Source of the DNA: Desulfatiglandales bacterium
Lineage (GTDB): Bacteria; Desulfobacterota; DSM-4660; Desulfatiglandales; Desulfatiglandaceae
Assembly: GCA_963662465.1 (NCBI GenBank)
Contig: OY759599.1
Location: 7,104,001 to 7,168,000, forward strand
Direction of reading: 5' to 3'
DNA length: 64,000 nucleotides
The translations under genes and the position numbers were made by a program. Below, piece after piece: positions 9,330 to 18,107 of the stretch. Position 1 is the stretch's first letter. The number at the start of each line of letters is the position of its first letter. Below the pieces are notes generated by a model, which was not told where the DNA came from, made no database searches, and saw only the letters and a program-made list of their open reading frames with translations.

Positions 9330-9443
9330 TTCGTCCTCCGTCTTCTGTCCTCTGTCCTCAGTCTTCCGTCCTCCGTCTTCTGTCTTCCGTCCTCCGTCTT
9401 CTGTCTTCCGTCCTCCGTCCTCCGTCCTCCGTCCTCCGTCCTC
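9330..9443 (-). repeat. Inverted TCCGTCC/TCTGTCT array downstream of the four-helix-bundle gene
   Basis: Reverse complement of the 8722-8855 unit. Confidence 0.9.
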
Positions 9444-9526
9444 TAGGGGCCAGAGGGGCAGAGGAAAGAAGATAAAAAGGTTTGAAGGTGTGTAATCTTG
9501 AGATTCGGTTTACCTGGAGATATTAG

Positions 9527-10366
9527 ATGAGCAAAGAAGTTGAAATAAGGCACCACCGGACTTTTGAGAGCCTGAAACAGACCCACAATCATGGGGTGGA
9601 GTTTTGGTTCGCCCGGGATTTGCAGCCGGTTTTAGACTACAGTAGCTGGGAGAAGTTTAGGCGCGTCATCCACAAGGCGATGAAGGCTTGCGGGAATTCA
9701 GGACAAGCTGAGGCCGACCATTTTTCCCATGTGGTGAAAATGGTCCGAATCGGATCCGGTGCAGAGCGGCAGATAGAGGATTATGCGCTTTCTCGCTATG
9801 CGTGTTATTTGATTGTTCAGAACGCAGATCCCTCCAAACCTGTCATTGCCAACGGGCAAACGTATTTCGCCATGCAGACAAGGCGACAGGAGCTGGCGGA
9901 TGACCAGGTATTCCAGCAGCTTAAAGAAGACGAAAAGCGTCTTTTTCTCCGCAATGAGCTGAAAGAGCATAATAAGCAACTTGTGGCTGCTGCCCGGCAG
10001 GCCGGGGTGGAGACGACGCTTGATTTCGCTATCTTCCAGAATCATGGTTACAAGGGGCTTTATGGGGGCCTGGACGCGAAAGGCATTCATCGGCAAAAGG
10101 GTTTGAAAAAGAGCCAGAAAATTTTGGATCATATGGGAAGTACCGAGCTGGCTGCAAATCTCTTCCGCGCAACGCAGACTGATGAGAAACTACGCCGGGA
10201 AAATGTTCAGGGTAAATCAAGAGCCAACCAAACCCATTACGAGGTCGGCGCCAAGGTCCGTCAAACCATCAAAGAGCTGGGGGGCGCCATGCCAGAGGAG
10301 CTTCCCAGTCCGAATAGAAGCCTCAAGCAGATCGAAAAAAAGCAAAAGAGTGTCGAAAAAGACTGA
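9527..10366 (+). CDS. dinD: DNA damage-inducible protein D (BRO-like)
   Basis: FWFARDLQPVLDY...LSRYACYLIVQNADPSK...ILDHMGSTELAANLFRATQT. Confidence 0.92.
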   Translation: MSKEVEIRHHRTFESLKQTHNHGVEFWFARDLQPVLDYSSWEKFRRVIHKAMKACGNSGQAEADHFSHVVKMVRIGSGAERQIEDYALSRYACYLIVQNADPSKPVIANGQTYFAMQTRRQELADDQVFQQLKEDEKRLFLRNELKEHNKQLVAAARQAGVETTLDFAIFQNHGYKGLYGGLDAKGIHRQKGLKKSQKILDHMGSTELAANLFRATQTDEKLRRENVQGKSRANQTHYEVGAKVRQTIKELGGAMPEELPSPNRSLKQIEKKQKSVEKD

Positions 10367-10854
10367 TGAACGGGTGTTACAACACCGGCTCCTGTTTCCA
10401 TCCCCGTTGCATTGCCGGCATTGAATTCACGGCCGGAAAAGACCAACGCCGTGACATCAAACTCATCACTTCTATTTTCGGAAATTCCGCCGATACACGA
10501 TAGATAAAAACGTCCTTCATGCGCTGGTCCAATGCGTGGATGTTTGTGGTGGCCAGCGGGACGCTTTTTAACAATTGAATAACTAGTTGAGGTTATTACA
10601 AAACAGGGGTTGGAGGACAGAGGACGGAGGACGGAGGGCAGAGGACGGAGGACAGAGGACGGAGGACTGAGGGCGGAGGAGGCCGGACAGCGGAGGACAG
10701 AGGTCCCTAAACACAAGATGCCAAAAAATATGGGGAAGGTGAGAGGGAAAAGTTGGGAAGAGAACGTGATACGGAGATAGCCTATTCGGTTAAAGGAGAA
10801 TGGTTTTGTCATAACTGCCTATTTCTTAGATGAGAAACCAAAGGGGAGCCTAAT

Positions 10855-11079
10855 GTGGAAACGGTAACAGTGAATAAGGAAATGATTGATTCTTATTTGG
10901 ATCTTTCATCAAGACTGGCGAAGCTTCATGTGAGACAAATTTGGACCGACTATGATAAGGAAGCTGATGTCCTTTATCTGAGTTTTCGAAAGCCGCAGCG
11001 GGCTAAGAAGACCGTTGAAATGGATGATAATGTGTTGATTCGTACAGATGATGACGAAGTTGTAGGGATTACAATTTGA
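10855..11079 (+). CDS. DUF2283 antitoxin-like protein (last codons frameshifted); remnant of a partner gene's 3' end lies upstream
   Basis: DYDKEADVLYLSF...VGITI; upstream ENGFVITAYFLDEKPKGSLMWKR*. Confidence 0.75.
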   Translation: METVTVNKEMIDSYLDLSSRLAKLHVRQIWTDYDKEADVLYLSFRKPQRAKKTVEMDDNVLIRTDDDEVVGITI

Positions 11080-11360
11080 ATGCAAGCAGTAGAAGTTGAG
11101 GCCAACTTTAGCGCAGAGGACGCAGGACGGAGGACGGAAGACAGAAGGGTGAGAAGGTTAGAGGATTAGAGGGCATAAGACAAAGATAGTCTCGCGCAGA
11201 GACGCAGAGACGCAGAGAAGAGAGGAAAAGACGGTGAGAAGTGGCAGAGGTTCCATACAGCTAATACCAATAATGAATAAGCAGCCCAGCGACCCCAGCA
11301 CCTGTACCATTTTTGAGTTTTCTGCAATCCTTCCTTTCGATTGCCCACCAGAGTAACAAC

Positions 11361-11638
11361 CACCTCCTCATCACACGAGATACCAAAACAAATGAACCCA
11401 TTAAATCCTGAAGAGACGAAACATGTTGGCGGAATTTCCCCCTTTCTGGGTGTTGTGGATTTCTGTTTGCTGAATCTGGCATTTTTTCTGCTGAATTACT
11501 GGAAACGGGGATCTTTTGAGTTGGCCCCAAAATATGGGAAGCTGCTGCTGGCCTTTTATGGTGTCTGGTTCCTGGTTTCCCTGGCCAATAAGAAATTTCA
11601 GTGGTGGGAATACGCGGGGTTGGGTAGAGGGCTGTGGA
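11361..11638 (+). pseudogene. Diverged 5' copy of the sugar transferase gene
   Basis: Aligns with 18077-18357. Confidence 0.9.
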
Positions 11639-11783
11639 GGCCCTGAACTGCAGTTTTGGGTTTTGAGTTTTGGGTTTTGGGTTAGGGAACTAGGGAACTG
11701 CAGTTTTGGGTTTTGAGTTTTGGGTTTTGGGTTAGGGAACTAGGGAACTGCAGTTTTGAGTTTTGAGTTTTGGGTTTTGGGTT

Positions 11784-12152
11784 ATGAGTGAAAGGAAGAT
11801 AGACGAGCGGACTTTTGAGTTTGCTTTACTGGTTGTGGATGGTTATAAATTTCTTCTGGGGAAAAAGGAGTTTGTGCTTTCGAAGCAGTTTTTAAGGGCT
11901 GGTACTTCGATCGGTGCGAATGTGACGGAGGCCCAAGCTGCCCAAAGCAGGAAAGATTTCATTTCTAAAATGGCCATCGCTTCCAAGGAAGCCAGAGAAA
12001 CGCTATATTGGATCAGACTGTTAAAAAGGTCCGGTTTTTTCAAGGGATATGCAAAAGTAAATATCCTGGAAAGCGAGATTTCCTCAATCATAAATATTCT
12101 CACGAAAATCGTGAAAACCACAAAGGAACAGGAACCGAAAGAGAAACCTTAA
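11784..12152 (+). CDS. Four-helix bundle protein, flanked by TTTTGGG / CCCAAAA arrays
   Basis: LSKQFLRAGTSIGANVTEAQAAQSRKDFISKMAIASKEARETLYWIRLL. Confidence 0.92.
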   Translation: MSERKIDERTFEFALLVVDGYKFLLGKKEFVLSKQFLRAGTSIGANVTEAQAAQSRKDFISKMAIASKEARETLYWIRLLKRSGFFKGYAKVNILESEISSIINILTKIVKTTKEQEPKEKP

Positions 12153-12249
12153 AACTGTAGTTTCTTCCACAACCCAAAACCGTTTTTGGGAACGATACGA
12201 ACGGACGCTGAGCGTCCACAGTGCATTCCCACGCTGGAGCGTGGGAACG

Positions 12250-14152
12250 GTGCGCCTGTGAAGGCGCTTTATCAGTGCGGTGAAAGTCCGTACCGGAGTA
12301 TGCCATAGCTCCGTAGCCGAAGGTAACTGCGTCGCCGCGAGGCGGGGTGGAGAGCAACCGGAGGCGAAAAGTCAGTCCGTAGGATGACGAACCCGATTCG
12401 GTGTCATGTGGTGGCGAGCCTACCGTTCCATGGTGAAGCCTGAAACTCACAGACCACGCTGTAATGGCGGTTAAAGCGATGGTTTGACGGCATGGTATGT
12501 TTGGGGTCGGAATGACTGGAAGGTAAAGCGAGATAAGCAGGGAGACCTGTCTCTTGGGGTGACAGGAGGCAGGAGTCAGAGTCCTCATAGTACCGTAGCG
12601 ACAGAACGGTCCTGCTAACAAGGCTTACGGCGTGAGACCAGTACCCGCCGCCTGCGTCGGATACCGGGTTGTGAAAAGCGCGGATAGCAAAACCGTGCCG
12701 AGGGAAGGAGGATAGGAAGATAGATACGGAAAGGTCATATAGATGCAGCTAAATCAAGCAGTCTCGGCAGTGTTGGAAACAACTAAACGCGAGGCAGAAA
12801 CCCGATGGGATTGGGTGGAAGCATCGGTGTGGACGGAACGTATGTTGGCAGCCCTGGGTAACGGGGTGAAAGGTGGTAAATGGTACAGTTTGATGGATAA
12901 GGTGTTCGCCTTGTCGACGCTGGAAGCGGCTTGGGGACGTGTCAAAGCCAATAAAGGAGCGGCAGGGATAGACCGTATCAGCATAAAGCGCTTTAAGGAG
13001 CAGGCGGAGAAATACCTTGCCGAACTGCATGAAACCTTGAAAGCGGGAACGTACCGACTGGAAGCGGTAAAACGGGTATACATTCCGAAAAGCGACGGCA
13101 AACAACGCCCGCTGGGGATACCCACGGTCAAAGACCGGGTAGTGCAGGCAGCGGTTAAAATGGTTATGGAGCCCATATTCGAGCATGAATTTCTGCCGAT
13201 GAGTTACGGCTTCAGGCCGCAAAGAGGTTGCAAGGACGCGTTGCGAGAAGTAGACGCGCTTATTAAGGAAGGCTACACCTTCATACTGGACGCCGACCTG
13301 AAAAGTTACTTTGATACGATTCCGCACGATAAGCTGATGCAACAAGTCGAAATGCGCATCAGCGACGGCAAATTGCTCAATCTGATTCAAATGTTCCTGA
13401 AACAGGACGTGATGGACGGCTTGGAAAGATGGACACCGACGGGTGGTTCGCCACAAGGGGCGGTAGTCAGCCCCTTGCTTGCGAATATTTACCTGCATCC
13501 TCTTGACAGCCTGATCGCGGAATCAGGTATGCGGATGGTGCGTTACGCGGACGACTTTGTTATCCTCAGCCGCAGTCAAACGGAAGCGGAGAATGCTTTG
13601 CAAAAGGTACGGGAGTGGGTACAGGCTAATGACCTGAGCTTACACCCGGACAAGACGCATCTTGGCGACTGTCGACAAAAGGGTCAGGGATTTGAATTCC
13701 TGGGATACCGGTTTGAGGCAGGAAAGCGCTGGATACGCAGTAAAAGCCGTAAAGCCCTTCGTGATAAAATCCGGGAAGAGACCCGGCGCAAACGTAGCGG
13801 AAGTATGGAAAGCATCATTGATGATCTGAACCCCATGCTTGAAGGCTGGTTTGGTTACTTCAAACACGCCTACCGCACTGAGTTTGCGGCGGTGGATAAG
13901 TTTGTCCGCCGACGCTTACGCGCCGTATTATTGCGTCGTAACAAACGCAAGGGCTGGGGCAAAAGCCTTGAAGCCCACCGCCGCTGGCCGAATGCCTACT
14001 TCGCGAAAATCGGGCTTTTCACTATGCATGAGGCCCGGTTAGCAGCGTGCCGATCCCGATGAGGAAACTATCGACCGGAGAGCCGTGTGCGGGAGAACCG
14101 CATGCACGGTTCGGAGGGAGGGGAGAGCCAAGAGGCTCTTTCCTACCCCTAT
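12250..14152 (+). mobile_element. Group II intron
   Basis: 5' GTGCG; domain V GAGCCGTGTGCGGGAGAACCGCATGCACGGTTC; domain VI ending CCCCTAT; encodes an RT. Confidence 0.92.
12743..14062 (+). CDS. ltrA: Group II intron reverse transcriptase/maturase, no endonuclease domain
   Basis: RPLGIPTVKDR, PQGAVVSPLLANIYL, RYADD, X domain GWFGYF. Confidence 0.95.
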   Translation: MQLNQAVSAVLETTKREAETRWDWVEASVWTERMLAALGNGVKGGKWYSLMDKVFALSTLEAAWGRVKANKGAAGIDRISIKRFKEQAEKYLAELHETLKAGTYRLEAVKRVYIPKSDGKQRPLGIPTVKDRVVQAAVKMVMEPIFEHEFLPMSYGFRPQRGCKDALREVDALIKEGYTFILDADLKSYFDTIPHDKLMQQVEMRISDGKLLNLIQMFLKQDVMDGLERWTPTGGSPQGAVVSPLLANIYLHPLDSLIAESGMRMVRYADDFVILSRSQTEAENALQKVREWVQANDLSLHPDKTHLGDCRQKGQGFEFLGYRFEAGKRWIRSKSRKALRDKIREETRRKRSGSMESIIDDLNPMLEGWFGYFKHAYRTEFAAVDKFVRRRLRAVLLRRNKRKGWGKSLEAHRRWPNAYFAKIGLFTMHEARLAACRSR

Positions 14153-14159
14153 AGAGGAA

Positions 14160-14395
14160 CTCAAAACTGTTTTTTTCCACAACCCAAAACCCAAAACCTA
14201 AAACCCAAAACTGTTTTCTTCCACAACCCAAAACCCAAAACCTAAAACCCAAAACTGTTTTCTTCCACAACCCAAAACCCAAAACCTAAAACCCAAAACT
14301 GTTTTTTTCCACAACCCAAAACTCAAAACCCAAAACTCAAAACCGTTTTTTTCCACAACCCAAAACCGCCTTTTTAATACCCAAAACTCAAAACT
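14160..14395 (-). repeat. CCCAAAA/CTCAAAA array (inverted partner of 11650-11783)
   Basis: Tandem heptamers with higher-order units. Confidence 0.9.
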
Positions 14396-14675
14396 GCTCT
14401 AATTACGTTCGAATATCTGCTGAATTTTGGGGAAGCGTTGATGAAACAGGGGATTACTCGGGTGGTAAATAACCTGGAGGAATGATCTCGCGCAGAGGCG
14501 CAGAGGCGCAGAGAAAAGAAGGGCGAAATAATGTTGGCAACCTTGTAAACTTACTCAGGGCGGTGGTCCACATACCGGAAGAATCCCTACACCGAAACGC
14601 AAAAGGGTTTTTTGCTTGACGGCGGGGTGTTGGTACCTGGTTGCCATTTGATAAGATTTGGGTTACTATCGAATC

Positions 14676-15677
14676 ATGAGTAATGAAATCGGATCAGCGC
14701 ACAATAATCTGTTCCAGAACATCCTTGGCCGTGAAGATATGGCCAGGGATTTTGTCCGGTATTATATGCTGGCGGAAATCGTCGGCGATCTGGACCTGGA
14801 TACTTTGGAAGTGGCTTCTGAATCGTATATCAGTGATGATCTCAAAGAGAGCCTTTCCGATATCGTACTTAGCCTCCAGCTCAAGGATGGGGATCTGGCT
14901 GAAATATACATTCTTATGGAACACAAAAGCGGGTTGCACAGCGGCACGCGGCTGCAACTTTTGAAATATATGAACGCCAAATGGCATGAGCTGGACAAGG
15001 CCGGAGAGTTTCGGGGATCACTGGCTGTTATCATTCCCGTGGTTTTCTACCATGGCAAGAAAAAATGGAGATACAGCCTGGAATTCTCGGACCAGTTCAA
15101 TCTGCCTGGAGAACATTACAGGAGATATGTGCCCAAATTCGAGCATATTTTGCATGAAGTTCCGGAGATCAACAAGCGCAAGATCAAATCCACCATCGCT
15201 CTTGAAGTATTTCATGTGGTGCTGGAGTGTATTTTTTACCCGGAGAAACGGGAGCGAATTTATGAATCCCTTGAGTTGTTGTTTCAGGGGTTAAACACGG
15301 ATAAGGCCGGCGAGCTGTTTTATGTGTTTGTCAAATACCTGCTTTCCGCCACCGATGTAAACCCCAGAGAGGTGGAAAAGAGGGTAAAACATCTTCCAAA
15401 AGGAGAAGAGACCGTGCGTACCACAGCAGAAGTTTTGAGGAAAGAAGGGTATGACAGGGGAGTGGTTTTCGGCGAACAACATGGCAAGCTTGAGGCCACT
15501 CAGGAAACACTCATAGACGTTGCCGGTGAACGATATGGCCTTTTACCTTCAGTATTGGAAGCGAAAATCAAATCCATTAAGTCCATCACGACTTTGAAAA
15601 ATTTGGCAAGACAAGTCGTTAAACTGGACAGGATGGAGGGTTTTGAAAGGCTGGTCAACAAGGCTGTGGATCATTGA
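14676..15677 (+). CDS. Rpn/YhgA-family PD-(D/E)XK nuclease (Transposase_31)
   Basis: HNNLFQ...SDIV...YILMEHKS...IIPVVFYHG; C-terminal TTAEVLRKEG. Confidence 0.9.
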   Translation: MSNEIGSAHNNLFQNILGREDMARDFVRYYMLAEIVGDLDLDTLEVASESYISDDLKESLSDIVLSLQLKDGDLAEIYILMEHKSGLHSGTRLQLLKYMNAKWHELDKAGEFRGSLAVIIPVVFYHGKKKWRYSLEFSDQFNLPGEHYRRYVPKFEHILHEVPEINKRKIKSTIALEVFHVVLECIFYPEKRERIYESLELLFQGLNTDKAGELFYVFVKYLLSATDVNPREVEKRVKHLPKGEETVRTTAEVLRKEGYDRGVVFGEQHGKLEATQETLIDVAGERYGLLPSVLEAKIKSIKSITTLKNLARQVVKLDRMEGFERLVNKAVDH

Positions 15678-15969
15678 TGCCAACTGAAATTCCAAACCCC
15701 ACCCAAAACATAGTACCCCTTCCTTTCCCTTTACCTATTTTAGCCCAAAGCTATTTTGGGTAATCTGTTCCAATTATCTACTCACCTTGGCCTTGAGCTT
15801 ACTCGTAATGGAATGGGACGTTGTTCCGTAATTCCGTTTTTTGACCACGAATCACACAGAGGACGGGGGACAGAGGACGGAGGACGGAGGGCAGAAGTCA
15901 GAGGGCAGAGGACGGATCGCAGGTCTCAGGAATTGGGCATAAAAACAGCCATTTCAGAATCTTCGGTTC

Positions 15970-16135
15970 CATTCCACATTCGATATTATTGAGGCGGCGA
16001 AAAAGGGGTTGTTGCCGGATAAGATGATGATTAATACTCATTCGCAGAGGTGGACGGATAATCCGATTGAGTGCACGAAGGAGTTGGTTTGGCAGAATGT
16101 GAAGAATGTTGTGAAACGTATTGTTGTTCGCAGAT
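15970..16135 (+). pseudogene. 3' fragment, probably the same protein family as 4945-5152
   Basis: STFDIIEAAKKGLLPDKMMINTHSQRWTDNPIECTKELVWQNVKNVVKR. Confidence 0.55.
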
Positions 16136-16236
16136 TACTATCCGCAGATTACGCAGATTGACGCAGATTAGGGTTCTCACGCAAAGACGCCACGACGCAA
16201 AGAAGGGAGTCGGAATAATCTGAAACCCCCGGACAA

Positions 16237-16516
16237 CACCTCCTCATCACACGAGATACCCAAACAAATGAACCCATTAAATCCTGAAGAGCCGAAAAAT
16301 GTCAGCGGAGTCCGCCCGTTGTTCTGGGTGTTGTGGATTTCTGTTTGCTGAACCTGGCGTTTTTTCTGCTCAATTACTGGAAACGGGGATCTTTTGAGCT
16401 GAACCCCATCTATGGGAAGCTGCTGCTGGCCTTTTATGGGGTCTGGCTGGTGATTTCCCTGGCCAATAAGAAATTTCAGTGGCGGGAATACGCAGGGTTG
16501 GGTAAAGGGCTGTGGA
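16237..16516 (+). pseudogene. Second diverged 5' copy of the sugar transferase gene
   Basis: Aligns with 18077-18357; same 3' breakpoint as 11361-11638. Confidence 0.9.
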
Positions 16517-16666
16517 GGCCCTGAACTGCAGTTGTGGGTTTTGGGTTAGGGAACTGCAGTTTTGAGTTTTGAGTTTTGAGTTTTGGGTTTTGAGTTAAAG
16601 GAAACGTCCTGATTATGGGTGATGGGAAGATCTTTAAAGACAGTTTTGGGTTATGGGTTTTGGGTT

Positions 16667-16855
16667 ATGAGTGAAAGGAAGATAGACGAGCGGACTTTTG
16701 AGTTTGCTTTACTGGTTGTGGATGGTTATAAATTTCTTCTGGGGAAAAAGGAGTTTGTGCTTTCGAAGCAGTTTTTAAGGGCTGGTACTTCGATCGGTGC
16801 GAATGTGACGAGGCCCAAGCTGCCCAAAGCAGGAAAGATTTCATTAAAACTGTAG
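16667..16855 (+). pseudogene. Internally deleted copy of the 11784 four-helix-bundle gene
   Basis: Near-identical 5' half joined to TAAAACTGTAG. Confidence 0.88.
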
Positions 16856-16988
16856 TTTCTTCCAAAACCCAAAACCCAAAACCGCCTTTTCACAACCCAA
16901 AACTCAAAACCCAAAACTCAAAACCCAAAACTCAAAACCGTTTTTTTCAATGCCCAAAACTCAAAACTCAAAACCGCTCTAACTATTG

Positions 16989-17330
16989 CTACAATGTGGG
17001 TCTGGCAAGTTTCTGGGAAACAACGGCATTTAACGAGATCCCGGCTTTGGCAGCCTCGATAGCAAGGGCTCGGTGTACCCGACGATCAATTCGTACATTG
17101 AATTGTCCGCTGTATTGCTTTCTTGCCGGTGCAACGGGAACCGCTTCCCCGTGTTTTTGGTAGCTTTCCTTCACACCTTCCCAAGCGGTCTGTAGTTCGT
17201 GCAGAGCGTCTTCCGGCGACTCCCCAAATGCGGATACGTTCGGCAGTTCAACAAAATGCGCGAGATATTCGCCATCGTCGTCCAAAAACACATTGATGGT
17301 GTATCCATCGAATGGATCAAACCTTTTCAT
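16989..17330 (-). CDS. hicB: HicB-family antitoxin
   Basis: AFGESPEDAL...YSGQFNVRIDRRVHRALAIEAAKAGISLN. Confidence 0.92.
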   Translation of the reverse strand: MKRFDPFDGYTINVFLDDDGEYLAHFVELPNVSAFGESPEDALHELQTAWEGVKESYQKHGEAVPVAPARKQYSGQFNVRIDRRVHRALAIEAAKAGISLNAVVSQKLARPTL

Positions 17331-17562
17331 TTTTAGTCTCCTCATATTGCACCACCTGCTCTACCTGGTAGCCCTTTGCCTTTCCACTCCTGCCTTCCTG
17401 GATGGGAAGCCGGCGCCGTTTTGGGGAATACCAAATTTGGTGATTGCCCTTCTGATGATCGAATATCCACCCAGCTTGACGTAAAAGTGTCTGAAATTCA
17501 CCGAAGGAGAGGTCCTTCGGGTTGTTAATGGCACGGGCTAAAAGTTTTTCACGTTTAGTCAT
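17317..17562 (-). CDS. hicA: HicA-family toxin
   Basis: LSFGEFQTLLRQAGW...KGNHQI...GKAKGYQVEQV. Confidence 0.88.
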   Translation of the reverse strand: MTKREKLLARAINNPKDLSFGEFQTLLRQAGWIFDHQKGNHQIWYSPKRRRLPIQEGRSGKAKGYQVEQVVQYEETKNEKV

Positions 17563-17803
17563 GGTGTAACTATATGCAGTTACCAACCAAAAGTCAAGAG
17601 AAGGGATGGGGGTCGGGTCATGAGCCGATCGGAGTTGCTGGGCCGGCTTTGTTTCTGCGGGTTTGAGATTGTGTAACTCGCGCAGAGACGCCAAGGCGCA
17701 GAGAAAAGAAGGGTTTTTTGGTTTTTCTTTGCGTCTCTGCGTCTCTGCGCGAGAATAAAATAAGTTGATAAGGGACATAAAAAGACTGGGGAGGGGGGTA
17801 GTT

Positions 17804-18076
17804 ATGAGGATTGAAGGTAAAGATGTGGTGAACAAATTAAGGGATTATTTTAATCATAGTGTCTCTCTCCCTGAGTTGGTTGATTGGGCTGAGCAAGCGA
17901 TGATGGACGCAGATTTTATTGGAAAAGACTGGAAAACAGTACGGGATATTGTGGCTCGCATCGGGGTGGCTGACGTTCGTGCGTTTGGGCTGACCTGGGA
18001 GGACTGTGAGCAATCGTTAATGGCGCTCGGATATCGAACAGAAGTCCGGATTTCCCAAGCTTCTGCCCTAAACTGA
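17804..18076 (+). CDS. Small hypothetical protein
   Basis: RBS-preceded ORF MRIEGKDVVNKL...AFGLTWEDCEQ. Confidence 0.65.
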   Translation: MRIEGKDVVNKLRDYFNHSVSLPELVDWAEQAMMDADFIGKDWKTVRDIVARIGVADVRAFGLTWEDCEQSLMALGYRTEVRISQASALN

Positions 18077-18107
18077 CACCTCCTCATCACACGAGATACC
18101 AAAACAA

